NCBI GenBank assembly: GCA_965213705.1
Contig: OZ243913.1
Coordinates: 1,248,001-1,312,000 of the forward strand
Direction of reading: 5' to 3'
DNA from: Trueperaceae bacterium
Lineage (GTDB): Bacteria > Deinococcota > Deinococci > Deinococcales > Trueperaceae
DNA: 64,000 bases
Positions 1 through 8,769 of this stretch are shown here, one piece after another (positions within the stretch are counted from its first letter, which is position 1; every line of letters starts with the position of its first letter). Under the pieces are notes generated by a model that saw only the letters and a program-made list of their open reading frames with translations, searched no databases and had not been told where the DNA came from. Position numbers and translations under genes: made by a program.

Positions 1-111
1 TTGAACCGGAGCAAACGAGGGTTTCTCAGTTTACAAGGTTGGTTGCTTAGACTTTGCCACCAGTATCGACCTCTATCAGAAGCCCAAAACTCGTCCAGCT
101 CCAATTTCAGT

Positions 112-678
112 TTAGCTCAGCTCCGGCGGCAGGTTCGGGTCAATCTCCTCGCTCCAGTAGATTGTCATCCTATCAGCCCACGTCTCAGGCTGCCACAGTT
201 TAGCGATATTTAAGGACATGGAACAGTGAAAGTAGTACGAGGTGATTTGAATAACGGTGACCAGCCGCGCCTCTATGCCGTTGACGGTGTAGCGTGAACA
301 CAGTTCGGGGTCGTTGCTGATTTGAGCGTTGCCGTGAACGCGTAACGTTTCGCTGGTGCTAGGTAGAAAAAAGATGAGCCCCACCTTGGGATGGTTCAGA
401 ATATTTTGTAGGGAAAAGTTAAGGTTGTTGCCGCGTATATCCGGCAGGTAGAGGGTACTGTCGTCCAAGCCCACGAAGCCAGGAGCACCGCCTTTGGGGG
501 AGGCCGTCGGTATACCGTCTTCTGAAACGGTTGTCAGTAGAATGAAGGGGGACTTTTCAAGAAAAGCTCGAGCCTGCTCGGTCAGCTTCTCTTGCACCTT
601 GTACGGAGTGCGCGGGTTGGGCTTGCCGCAGAGGTCTATCAAGGTTTCCAAGTCGGTGATGGCGTGGGGTACTGTCAT
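112..678 (-). CDS. Pyridoxamine 5'-phosphate oxidase-family FMN-binding protein (MSMEG_1061-like)
   Basis: SPKGGAPGFV, PDIRGNN, NPKVGLIF-like, ETLRVHG and YFHC motifs; start overlaps the upstream stop (ATGA). Confidence 0.85.
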   Translation of the reverse strand: MTVPHAITDLETLIDLCGKPNPRTPYKVQEKLTEQARAFLEKSPFILLTTVSEDGIPTASPKGGAPGFVGLDDSTLYLPDIRGNNLNFSLQNILNHPKVGLIFFLPSTSETLRVHGNAQISNDPELCSRYTVNGIEARLVTVIQITSYYFHCSMSLNIAKLWQPETWADRMTIYWSEEIDPNLPPELS

Positions 679-2045
679 CGAGACTTCCTTTCAGTGCGTG
701 CCGAGTTTAGGACTGCCAGGAGTGCGCCGTACTGCACCTCGACTAGGATTTTGATGGGTATGGCTTCGTACTCGAATCCGCTTTCCAGCCGCTCAATCCA
801 GGTTTCTAACAGAGTTTCTAAGTCCGCTTTAGCACTCGTAAGCGTTTCGCTGTCCGTTTCGGCAAGCTGAAAGTCCAGGGCGCGGCGCAGCATACTGGCG
901 ACCAGCAAACGATAAAAGGAACCCACATATAATTCGTCGGTTACTTGAGCGACCGTAGCTTTTTGCTCCGTACCCTCTGCCTCGTTCGCCCACTTTTCTT
1001 TGCTAGCTAATCCGTCTAACGCCTGCTTCGTAAATAAAGAAACGGCGCGGTAAAATTTGGTGTCGAGTGTCATCTTAGGGGCGATGCGCTCGAGAAGCGC
1101 CTTGACAGCTAACGTTGATTCCTTCGCCTGCTCAACTCCTTCTAACAGCACCTCGCGCCGCGTTTTTTCGGTAAGCGTCTGGTCGCTTATCTGCTTGGCT
1201 TGAAAGTAGGGCAGCTCGGTGATTAAAATGAGCGGTTCGAGCCCCATCCCCCGCAGGTAGTCGGCGCTCGAACCCCCACCCTGGATGATGTCGGTGGGTG
1301 AAGCGTCGCTGTACGCTTCAAAGTAGTCGTAGGCGTCGGTGATAGACGAAATCTGATAGACGGCAGGAGAAAATTCTGTTGCCCAGGGCATCTCCGCTTC
1401 GCCTAGAGACAGGGCGAGACCTCGCTTTTCGGGGATGGCGTAGAACGCCTCATAAACATCTTTAAGGTCGTGTGAAATATAGTAGTAGACCCCACCGAAA
1501 CCCGCGTTGTGTAGCGAGTAAACCACGGCAGGTTGGGTTTTCCCAAAGGCATTCATCAGCGCCACCGTCTCAGGCAGGGGCGTGTCGAAGGTAAGGTCCT
1601 TATAGTCAATGGGAAATGTCCACTCAACTTGCTCGGTCGAAGGGGGTCGATAAAAGTGCCGAGCATAGTTTCGGATTGTGTAAGGACCAGCGAACCAACC
1701 TTCGTTGAGCCTGACGCCGTCGGGGTCAACACAAGGGAGTAAGTACCAAGTGTAGTCGGCACGCAAAGTTTCATTTTTGACGAGTTCGTCCAGTAGAAAT
1801 TGAACGAGCATCGCGCCGATGGGTTCGTTGGGGTGGGGTGAGGCGAAAAGCAAGACGGACGTTTCACCCTTACCTGCGGTGAGCATGGGAATGGCTTCGC
1901 CTTCTGTAGAGTGCCCCACAACCTCGTAACTGTAAATATCCGGGTGGTCGTCGGCTACGGCTCGAGCTTTCGCCAGCATCTCATCAAGCGCAAAAAAGCG
2001 CTCGTAGGCGGGTACTTTTTTGAGTTCTTCTTCGATGTTAAACAT
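675..2045 (-). CDS. M14 family zinc carboxypeptidase (cytoplasmic)
   Basis: HPNEP (HxxE) zinc motif, DPDG, YSLHN, ITELPY; no signal peptide; GAGG RBS upstream. Confidence 0.85.
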   Translation of the reverse strand: MFNIEEELKKVPAYERFFALDEMLAKARAVADDHPDIYSYEVVGHSTEGEAIPMLTAGKGETSVLLFASPHPNEPIGAMLVQFLLDELVKNETLRADYTWYLLPCVDPDGVRLNEGWFAGPYTIRNYARHFYRPPSTEQVEWTFPIDYKDLTFDTPLPETVALMNAFGKTQPAVVYSLHNAGFGGVYYYISHDLKDVYEAFYAIPEKRGLALSLGEAEMPWATEFSPAVYQISSITDAYDYFEAYSDASPTDIIQGGGSSADYLRGMGLEPLILITELPYFQAKQISDQTLTEKTRREVLLEGVEQAKESTLAVKALLERIAPKMTLDTKFYRAVSLFTKQALDGLASKEKWANEAEGTEQKATVAQVTDELYVGSFYRLLVASMLRRALDFQLAETDSETLTSAKADLETLLETWIERLESGFEYEAIPIKILVEVQYGALLAVLNSARTERKSR

Positions 2046-2155
2046 GGTTTACCTCACGTCTTTAGGTTATTCGCAGTTTGTTCTTCGTTATTCGTAAGAA
2101 AGGTTGAACGAAATATGTTTAACGAACCACCTTTGAAACTTTCAACTTGCCCCCC

Positions 2156-3028
2156 TCAATCCGTCTGCTTGGGGTCAAGAATGTCGCGCAAGCCGTCGCC
2201 CAGAAAGTTGAAGCTCAGCACGGTAACCATGATGGCGAGGCCGGGCCAGGTGATGAGGTAGGGGGCGCGGCGGATGAAGTCTTTGCCCTCGCTTATCATC
2301 ACGCCCCACTCGGGCGTCGGCGGCTGCACGCCCAAGCCCAAAAACCCCAGAGCAGCCGATGCCAGGATGGCTTCAGGAATTCCGAAAGTTGCCAGCACGA
2401 TGACGGGCGTTAAGCTGTTGGGCAGGATGTGCTTGAACATGATGCGCCCGTTGCCCGTGCCCACCGCCCTCGCCGCCTCGACGTACTCTGCATTGCGCAA
2501 GCTCAGCACCTCTGCCCTGACCACGCGGGCGTAAAGCGGCCAGCTCACCAGACCCAGCACCCACATTACGTTGAAGATGCTCGGACCGAACAAAGCGATG
2601 ACCGCAATGGCTAAAATTAGAAATGGAAAGGCGTAAAAAATTTCGACCAGGCGCATGATGACGTTGTCCACCGCGCCGCCGTAAAACCCCGCGATGACGC
2701 CCAAAATCGTACCAATGACCGAAGCGATGCTGACCACGACGACGCCGATGAGGAGCGAGATGCGCGAGCCGTGGATAAGTCTCGAGAGGATATCGCGCCC
2801 AAAGTTATCCGTGCCCAACAGGTGCCCAGCACTGCCGGGAGGTTGATAAGCGTTGCCCAAGTCCATCTCTAAAGGGCCTGAAGGCGCGACCCAAGGGGCA
2901 AGGACAGCAGCTAAGACCAAAATCAGAATGGACACCGCACCGATAACTGCCAGCGGGTTGCGGAGGAACTTGCGCAGTACCCGGCTTCTCCGGGTATTAG
3001 ATATAGAAACGGTAGCGGCGTCAGTCAT
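2156..3028 (-). CDS. Peptide ABC transporter permease (DppC/OppC type)
   Basis: HLLGTDNFGRD, EYVEAARAVG, LGFLGLG...PEWG motifs. Confidence 0.95.
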   Translation of the reverse strand: MTDAATVSISNTRRSRVLRKFLRNPLAVIGAVSILILVLAAVLAPWVAPSGPLEMDLGNAYQPPGSAGHLLGTDNFGRDILSRLIHGSRISLLIGVVVVSIASVIGTILGVIAGFYGGAVDNVIMRLVEIFYAFPFLILAIAVIALFGPSIFNVMWVLGLVSWPLYARVVRAEVLSLRNAEYVEAARAVGTGNGRIMFKHILPNSLTPVIVLATFGIPEAILASAALGFLGLGVQPPTPEWGVMISEGKDFIRRAPYLITWPGLAIMVTVLSFNFLGDGLRDILDPKQTD

Positions 3029-3968
3029 AGCGAATCCTCGGGTCGATGCTGCTGTACAGCACGTCGACCAGCAAAATCACCGCCATAACACAGAGCGCGA
3101 AGATGAGGACGCTCCCCTGAATTAGGGGCAAGTCGCGCTGCCGGATGGCGTTGATGGACAACAGCCCCAGACCGGGCCATGAAAAAATGGTCTCGACGAT
3201 CACCGCGCCGCCCAGCAAGCCCCCGAACTGTAAACCGGCGGTGGTCACGACCGGGATGATGGCGTTGCGCAGGGCGTGACGAAAAAGAACGAGTGACTCT
3301 CGTTGGCCTTTGGCTTTGGCGGTACGCACGTAGTCTTCTGACAGAACATCGAGCATAGCATTGCGGGTGAGGCGCGTCAGGACGGCGGCGAGCGCGGTGC
3401 CGAGGGTGAATGCGGGTAAGATGAGGTGGCTCACGAAGTCCCATACCCCCTCTTCCACACTACCCATGCCGCGAATGGGCAGCCAGCGCAGCTCGAGCCC
3501 GAACAACAAAATAAGAATCAACCCCAGCCAGAAGTTGGGCATGGCGACCCCGAGCATGGAGAAAAACATAGCGCCGTAGTCCGCCGGTTTGCTCTGTCTG
3601 GCCGCCGCCAAAGTGCCCAGCGGAATGGCGATAAGAAGCGCGATGAACATCGAGCTGAGCGTCAGCAACAGCGTGTTGGGAAAGCGCTGCATGACTTGAC
3701 CCAGCACGGGTTGCTTCGAGGTGATAGACGTGCCGAAGTCGCCGCGAAAAAGCCCCGTCATGTAGTTGTAATACTGCTCGTACCAAGGGTCATTCAGACC
3801 TAGCTCGTCTTCTAAACGCGCCAGGTTTGCTGCGTTCGCCGTCTCATTACTCAGCATCAGGCTTATAGCATCACCCGGCGCAAAGGTGACTAGGGCGAAG
3901 GTGATAAAGCTTATCCCTAATAGGACGGGGATACTTGTGGCGATACGGCGTAAAAGGTAAGGGAACAT
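3021..3968 (-). CDS. Peptide ABC transporter permease (DppB/OppB type)
   Basis: GDFGTS, DYVRTAKAKG, HALRNA, VETIFSWPGLG motifs; ATG at 3968 preferred over TTG at 3974. Confidence 0.95.
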   Translation of the reverse strand: MFPYLLRRIATSIPVLLGISFITFALVTFAPGDAISLMLSNETANAANLARLEDELGLNDPWYEQYYNYMTGLFRGDFGTSITSKQPVLGQVMQRFPNTLLLTLSSMFIALLIAIPLGTLAAARQSKPADYGAMFFSMLGVAMPNFWLGLILILLFGLELRWLPIRGMGSVEEGVWDFVSHLILPAFTLGTALAAVLTRLTRNAMLDVLSEDYVRTAKAKGQRESLVLFRHALRNAIIPVVTTAGLQFGGLLGGAVIVETIFSWPGLGLLSINAIRQRDLPLIQGSVLIFALCVMAVILLVDVLYSSIDPRIRYD

Positions 3969-4274
3969 TCTCAAGCTTTCTTCGCAGACGATGGAGCGTT
4001 ATGGCGTTTTCTTTGTAAGAGTTGTTAGTTGTTAACCTCGGGTGCTAGTTGTTTATGAAATACCAACAAGGCTCAAAAGCTTACCCATTGCGTCATAGAC
4101 GTTGTTTCTAGCCAATTTGGAAGGGTTCGGAAAGTCACCGCTAGAGGCAAAAAGCTTTGAGAATTCATGGAAAGTGTTTGTTCGGGTCGGTTATCGGTTA
4201 TGGTTGAAATACCAGTCTTCGTCACAGACGCACTTTCTCGGTTGAGACGGGTCGTTTATCTACCAGCACCCGAG

Positions 4275-4314
4275 GTTGTTAGTTGTTAGTAAGCGCTTAC
4301 TAACAACTAACAAC
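4275..4314. repeat. Perfect 40-bp palindrome just after the M56-SBP stop (terminator or mRNA-stabilising hairpin)
   Basis: GTTGTTAGTTGTTAGTAAGC|GCTTACTAACAACTAACAAC; the arms are exact reverse complements. Confidence 0.85.
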
Positions 4315-4322
4315 GCCTTAAC

Positions 4323-6923
4323 TTACTCCTCTAAGTAGACGTTATTTTGCAGCGAAACGAGTTGCAGCCCGAGAGCACCGGGATAAAGGTCCTTGACGTA
4401 ACTGTTGACAACCGCGTAACCGTTCTCGAAGTAGAGCGGGATGGCCGCCCGGTCCGCCATGATGATGCGCTGCGCCTCGAGCCAGAGGTCGTTTCGGGTC
4501 TCGAAGTCGAGGGTGGCGTTGGCTTCCTCAAGCAAGGCGTCGACCTCGTCGTTGTCGTAAAAGTGTGTGTTGGTCACGCCTATGTTGCCGCCGTAAAAGA
4601 GGGCGTTCAACCCTGTGAGGCTGGCAAAGCTGTAGTCGAAAAAGACGCCCGTGTCATTACCCTTCTGCAAGTCCTCGCCCCAGACGGCCCCGTCCTGCTG
4701 CAAGAGGTTGGCGTCGATGCCCAACTGCTGTAATTGCGTGATGAGGATGGTCAGCACCCTGGTCTGCGAACCCGCGATGGTCTTGATGTCGAAGCTCAGC
4801 GGCTCGCCGTCGCGGTCTAAGATGCCGTCGCCGTCGCTGTCGCTAAAGCCCGCTTCCTCGAGCTGTGCCAGCGCGGCTTCCGGGTCGTACGACCAGAGAC
4901 CGCGCAGCTCCGGGTCTTCTTCGAACTCGAACCAGTAGGGAACCTGCCCGTAGGCACGCCGACCGTACTCGCCGATCACCGAGGCGACAGCGGCGTCTAT
5001 GTCCATCGCTTTAGAGAGTGCGTCCCGCACGGCTAACTCGTCGAAAGGTGGCGTGGTCACGTTGATGCCCAGGCCCCGGTAAGACCCCGGTCCTGGTATC
5101 AGCTCGAGGTCGGGATTGTCGGCAAGCTGCGTGACCGAGTCGATGTTAAAGAGGTAAGGCACCACGTCGATGTCTTGCGCCTCGAGCGAAATCGTCTGTA
5201 CGGTCGGGTCGGGGATAAAAACGAACTCTACCCCGTCTAAGTTGGGTTTGATAAAGTAGTCTTCGTTGCGTTCGAGCGTGAGTTCCTGGTCGGGGGTGAA
5301 GGACTCGAGTTCGAACGGCCCCGAGCCTACCGGGTTGCGGGCAAAGCCCTCTTCGCCGAGCTGCTCGATGGCTTCTCGCGGCACGATCATCACCCGCGCC
5401 AAGCGGTTGGGGTCGCTCAGCAGGAAGGGGTCGGGTGCGGCGGTTTTAAGCTCGACCGTGTAATCGTCCAGCGCCGTCACGCTCTCGATATTCCCTAGGG
5501 TGAACGTCGTACTCACTTCAAGGAAGCGGTTAATGGAGTAAACGACATCGTCCGCCACGACTTTCCGGTTGGCACCTTCGGGGAAAACGTCGTTGCCGTC
5601 TTGAAAGGTCACCCCTTCGCGCAGCTTGAAAATCCAGGTGGTGTCGTCGGGGTTCTCCCAGCTCTCCGCGAGGTAGGGCGTGGCGCTGTAGTCGTCCAAG
5701 TCAGGCATGACGAGCGGGTCGAAGAGCTGGGAAACAGCGCCTAGTTCCCCGGTGGTCGTAGCCTTGTAAGGGTCGAGCTGCTGCATAGACTCGAAGGGCA
5801 CCGTCAAGACGCCCCCCTGGGTCTGTGCCAGCGCCACGGACGCGAGGACAAGCGAGATGAGAACGAGACCTAAGCCCACTAAACCGTGACTGGGGTTGGG
5901 ACTTGAGGGCTTACCCATTAAGGTGAGGATGCGTTTCAAAAGGGAACCTCCATTGGCTGCGAGACTGAGTTGGTTTTGGGGCTGACGCTGGAGCAAGCTT
6001 TGGGTGCGTAGCTGACTGAGTTGGCTGAGAGTTTGGGCGTAGGTGCGCGTGCTGCTGTTACAGACAGTCATCGCCGTAACGTCGCAGCCGTATTCGCGCT
6101 CCTGGCGAACCTGGCTCGATATCCACCAGACGGCGGGGTTAAAAAAGAGCAGGGTCTCAACGAGGTGTTGAAACAGGTTTACGAAAAGGTCGCCGCGTTT
6201 GATGTGCGCCAGTTCATGTGCGAGGATAAGCTCGAGCTGCTGCGGCGTCAGCCCGCTCAGCACACTGGTCGGGACTAAGATGAGCGGCTTGAGATAGCCC
6301 AAAACCATAGGGACATCGGCTATTTGGGAGAGTTTAACTTCTATGTTTTGGCTGAGTTTGAGCGTTTTATGCAGCCGCTGTACGGTGTTCGTGATCGCTT
6401 CCGGCGCACGCTGGACGAAGCTCGAGCGCAGCCGCCGAAGTGCCATCATATCGACCATCAGGCGTGCGGAGAGCGTGACGATGCCCAAGAACCAGGCGAG
6501 GACAATCCAGGGGAACAGGGACTCGAGCTTAAACTTCCAACGTCGCAAGGTTTGGGACGTAACGAACTCGGTTCGCGCAGTGACCGTTTCGGGCGCGGCT
6601 TGTAATGATTCCCCTAACTCAGGCGATGGTTTGCTGAGTGTGACGTGTTGTGCCTCCTCAGCAGATACAGGCTCCAGGCTGAACGGGCTTTGGGTAGGAT
6701 TCGAGCCTCTTAGGTGTGCAAAGGTGAAAATGGGTAGGGCCAGGCATGACAGAAGTGCTAGCAAACTGAGGCAGTAACGCTGATTCGGGCTGAGGCTTCT
6801 GCCTAACCACAAAAGAACGGCGAGACCACAGGCGACAGTGACACCCTGCCAGAGGGAATGGATGAGGACTCGCGCCAACAGCTCTACGCTCTGGGAGGTG
6901 AGCAGTGACTCAAACATCGTCAT
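4323..6923 (-). CDS. BlaR1-type M56 metallopeptidase fused to a family-5 ABC substrate-binding protein
   Basis: N-half has TM helices, VPMVLGYLKPLILVP, HELAH, FNPAVWW, EREYGCD and LLKRI. After a TM/signal-like segment ending ALAQ, the C-half has LDP, LAESW, FKLREGVTF, PVGSGPF, PPFD..VRDAL. One open frame; start could be 6917-6935. Confidence 0.9.
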   Translation of the reverse strand: MTMFESLLTSQSVELLARVLIHSLWQGVTVACGLAVLLWLGRSLSPNQRYCLSLLALLSCLALPIFTFAHLRGSNPTQSPFSLEPVSAEEAQHVTLSKPSPELGESLQAAPETVTARTEFVTSQTLRRWKFKLESLFPWIVLAWFLGIVTLSARLMVDMMALRRLRSSFVQRAPEAITNTVQRLHKTLKLSQNIEVKLSQIADVPMVLGYLKPLILVPTSVLSGLTPQQLELILAHELAHIKRGDLFVNLFQHLVETLLFFNPAVWWISSQVRQEREYGCDVTAMTVCNSSTRTYAQTLSQLSQLRTQSLLQRQPQNQLSLAANGGSLLKRILTLMGKPSSPNPSHGLVGLGLVLISLVLASVALAQTQGGVLTVPFESMQQLDPYKATTTGELGAVSQLFDPLVMPDLDDYSATPYLAESWENPDDTTWIFKLREGVTFQDGNDVFPEGANRKVVADDVVYSINRFLEVSTTFTLGNIESVTALDDYTVELKTAAPDPFLLSDPNRLARVMIVPREAIEQLGEEGFARNPVGSGPFELESFTPDQELTLERNEDYFIKPNLDGVEFVFIPDPTVQTISLEAQDIDVVPYLFNIDSVTQLADNPDLELIPGPGSYRGLGINVTTPPFDELAVRDALSKAMDIDAAVASVIGEYGRRAYGQVPYWFEFEEDPELRGLWSYDPEAALAQLEEAGFSDSDGDGILDRDGEPLSFDIKTIAGSQTRVLTILITQLQQLGIDANLLQQDGAVWGEDLQKGNDTGVFFDYSFASLTGLNALFYGGNIGVTNTHFYDNDEVDALLEEANATLDFETRNDLWLEAQRIIMADRAAIPLYFENGYAVVNSYVKDLYPGALGLQLVSLQNNVYLEE

Positions 6924-7317
6924 CTTCCGACTCACTTTCTAAGGCGTCAAGGAGGTCTTGAATTTTTGCCAGGTCTTCTTGAGAGGGGGTATCAGTCGCA
7001 AGGGCTCGAGAGATGAGGCGCATAGTCGAGCCGCCGAAGACGGTGTGTTTGAGCCTTTTGATGAGCTTGGCTTCTACCTCCTCTTTGGCATGGGCGGGTT
7101 GAAAGATATGGCTTTTACGTCCCTTATCTCGTGCAAGCAAACCTTTCTTGAGCATGATGGAGAGGATGGTGTGGACCGATGAGTAGGCTAAGGGTTTGGC
7201 TCGAGCTTCGTTCAGGCGCTCTACAATGTCTCGAGTGCCCAGCGGTCCAGCCGCCCACAGCACCTGCAAAATGTCCATCTCCCTGTCCGTCGGCGTTTCC
7301 TGTCTGGGTCTCGGCAC
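6910..7317 (-). CDS. BlaI/MecI/CopY family transcriptional repressor
   Basis: PTDREMDILQVLW, LAYSSVHTIL..MLKKG, VFGGS motifs; overlaps the M56 gene start. Confidence 0.93.
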   Translation of the reverse strand: MPRPRQETPTDREMDILQVLWAAGPLGTRDIVERLNEARAKPLAYSSVHTILSIMLKKGLLARDKGRKSHIFQPAHAKEEVEAKLIKRLKHTVFGGSTMRLISRALATDTPSQEDLAKIQDLLDALESESEDDDV

Positions 7318-7388
7318 TGCACCTCCAGCGGGTTGACTTGAGTTAAGCTTGGGCCTGCTCAGGCGAAAAAGATATCTTTATGAACGCA

Positions 7389-7417
7389 AGAATATGCTAA
7401 TTCATTAGTAATGTCAA
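7389..7417 (-). promoter_or_regulatory. Sigma70-type promoter with a palindromic BlaI-type operator in the spacer
   Basis: Minus strand TTGACA-17 bp-TATTCT; the spacer contains TACTAATGAATTAGCA (dyad CTAAT-N2-ATTAG at 7397-7408). Confidence 0.75.
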
Positions 7418-7444
7418 TAAACTATAGGACTTACGCACGTAAGA

Positions 7445-7655
7445 CCATAGCGCCGCCGGTTGGCACAGTCGGCCAGCAGGCACGCGACACCCTCAGAGTG
7501 AGGGCGTGCCAGCGGCCAACGCCGTCATACGGAACTACGCGGCGCACCAGAGCGCGCCCGAGCTTGGGGTGCTTGTACGCGACGTACCCGACCCTCGAGC
7601 CTCACAAGCCTGGGGTGACGTGCTCGAGCTGGCTATGGAGGTGGTAGGAAAGTGA
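7445..7655 (+). pseudogene. parA: C-terminal remnant of a plasmid-type ParA ATPase (5'-truncated, frameshifted)
   Basis: APPVGTVGQQARDTL, then a frameshift near 7495 to SEGVPAANAVIRNYAAHQSAPELGVLVRDVPDPRASQAWGDVLELAMEVVGK*; the stop overlaps the next start (GTGA). Confidence 0.7.
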
Positions 7656-7915
7656 GCGCCAAGAAAGCCAGGTTCGACTACCTCAAGCAAGAAACGAGCG
7701 AGCCGTCCGCCGATGCCCGACCTGAGCCCAGTGCGGAAGAGCTGCGCAGCGTGCCGCGTGGCGAGGGCCGCATGGAGCAGGACCGCGAGCAGCTAAACGT
7801 CCGCTTGCCCACCATGCTTAAGCGTCGCGCCGCGGCCAAGGCAACTCTCGAAGGCCGCACTATCGGCGAAGTTGTGGAGGAGCTACTGAACGGATATTTA
7901 GAACAGCCCTTTTAG
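7652..7915 (+). CDS. Ribbon-helix-helix protein, likely ParA partner (ParG-like)
   Basis: EQLNVRLP..LKRRAAAKA..EGRTIGEVVEELL; GGAGG RBS; follows the ParA remnant. Confidence 0.75.
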   Translation: MSAKKARFDYLKQETSEPSADARPEPSAEELRSVPRGEGRMEQDREQLNVRLPTMLKRRAAAKATLEGRTIGEVVEELLNGYLEQPF

Positions 7916-7982
7916 GGGTAGTACACCGATCGGAGATAAAACTGTCGACATATACATGATTTAGAGTCGAAAGGTAGGTAAC

Positions 7983-8285
7983 ATGACCTACCTTCCCGGC
8001 ACCATCGCCTACGCCAAGCGCGCCAGCACCCTGTGGAAAAGCGGCGAGCGCGGCGTCTGCTACGAGGTCTACCAGATTAGTGAGCGCCCCGGTTACAGCT
8101 TCAATTTCGCAGGGGGTGGTTACGACGGTTTCAGCGAGGACGACCTGTCATACTGGCTCGAGCTAACCGAATAGGTCGCTCCCTCGTTCGCAGGCTTCAA
8201 GTTCAAAAACGTCATACACCTCTCCGGCGCTTATGATGCAGGCTGGTTCGACGAGGCCCTGAAGAAACCTTTGAGCAAAGCCTGA
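7983..8285 (+). pseudogene. Hypothetical protein interrupted by an in-frame TAG (8172-8174)
   Basis: The frame continues VAPSFAGFKFKNVIHLSGAYDAGWFDEAL...* after the TAG; AGGT RBS upstream. Confidence 0.6.
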
Positions 8286-8332
8286 CTAGACCTAACCTAC
8301 GCCTCGAGCCACGTAATAAACCCTCACCACTA

Positions 8333-8360
8333 ACCTCTGATAATCTATTTTATCAGAGGT
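8333..8360. other. dif-like tyrosine-recombinase site, copy 1
   Basis: ACCTCTGATAA-TCTATT-TTATCAGAGGT: perfect 11-bp inverted arms around a 6-bp spacer. Confidence 0.7.
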
Positions 8361-8769
8361 AAATGTCTGTATATATAAGCCTAACTTTGTGCAGCAGTTG
8401 GACCGTTCAACTGCCTAAGGGCAAGCCCCACCCAACTACACATCACCCTTTTCTCGCAAGTAGGTGCGTGTCGTCTGAGTGATACCGAATGGTACCGTCT
8501 TTCCACCTGTGCCGTTGATGGTTCTGTGTAGAAATGGACTGTGGGTTGAGCGCGCTACTAATAAAAATCCCAGCGTTAAGTTAGGAGTTTGAGTTTCTAT
8601 ACCTGCTTTACCCCTCCGGTGCGGTTAAAGGTACGGTAGCGATGTCAGAAACTGTTTTGCACCTTTTCTCCGCTAATTCTATGTGAATTGGCACACAATC
8701 ACGCTAAAACCTGACAACATCGCAAAACAAATCATTCTGATGTAAGAGTTGAATGGCTATAATAGAGTC

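Noticed and set aside
4323..7317. Beta-lactam resistance sensor (blaR1/blaI proper)
   Set aside because: There is no penicillin-binding domain or beta-lactamase; the extracellular domain is a family-5 SBP.
8361..8769. c-di-GMP riboswitch upstream of the GGDEF-EAL gene
   Set aside because: I could not match the GEMM consensus elements; only a small hairpin (about 8394-8414) is visible. An Rfam scan would settle it.
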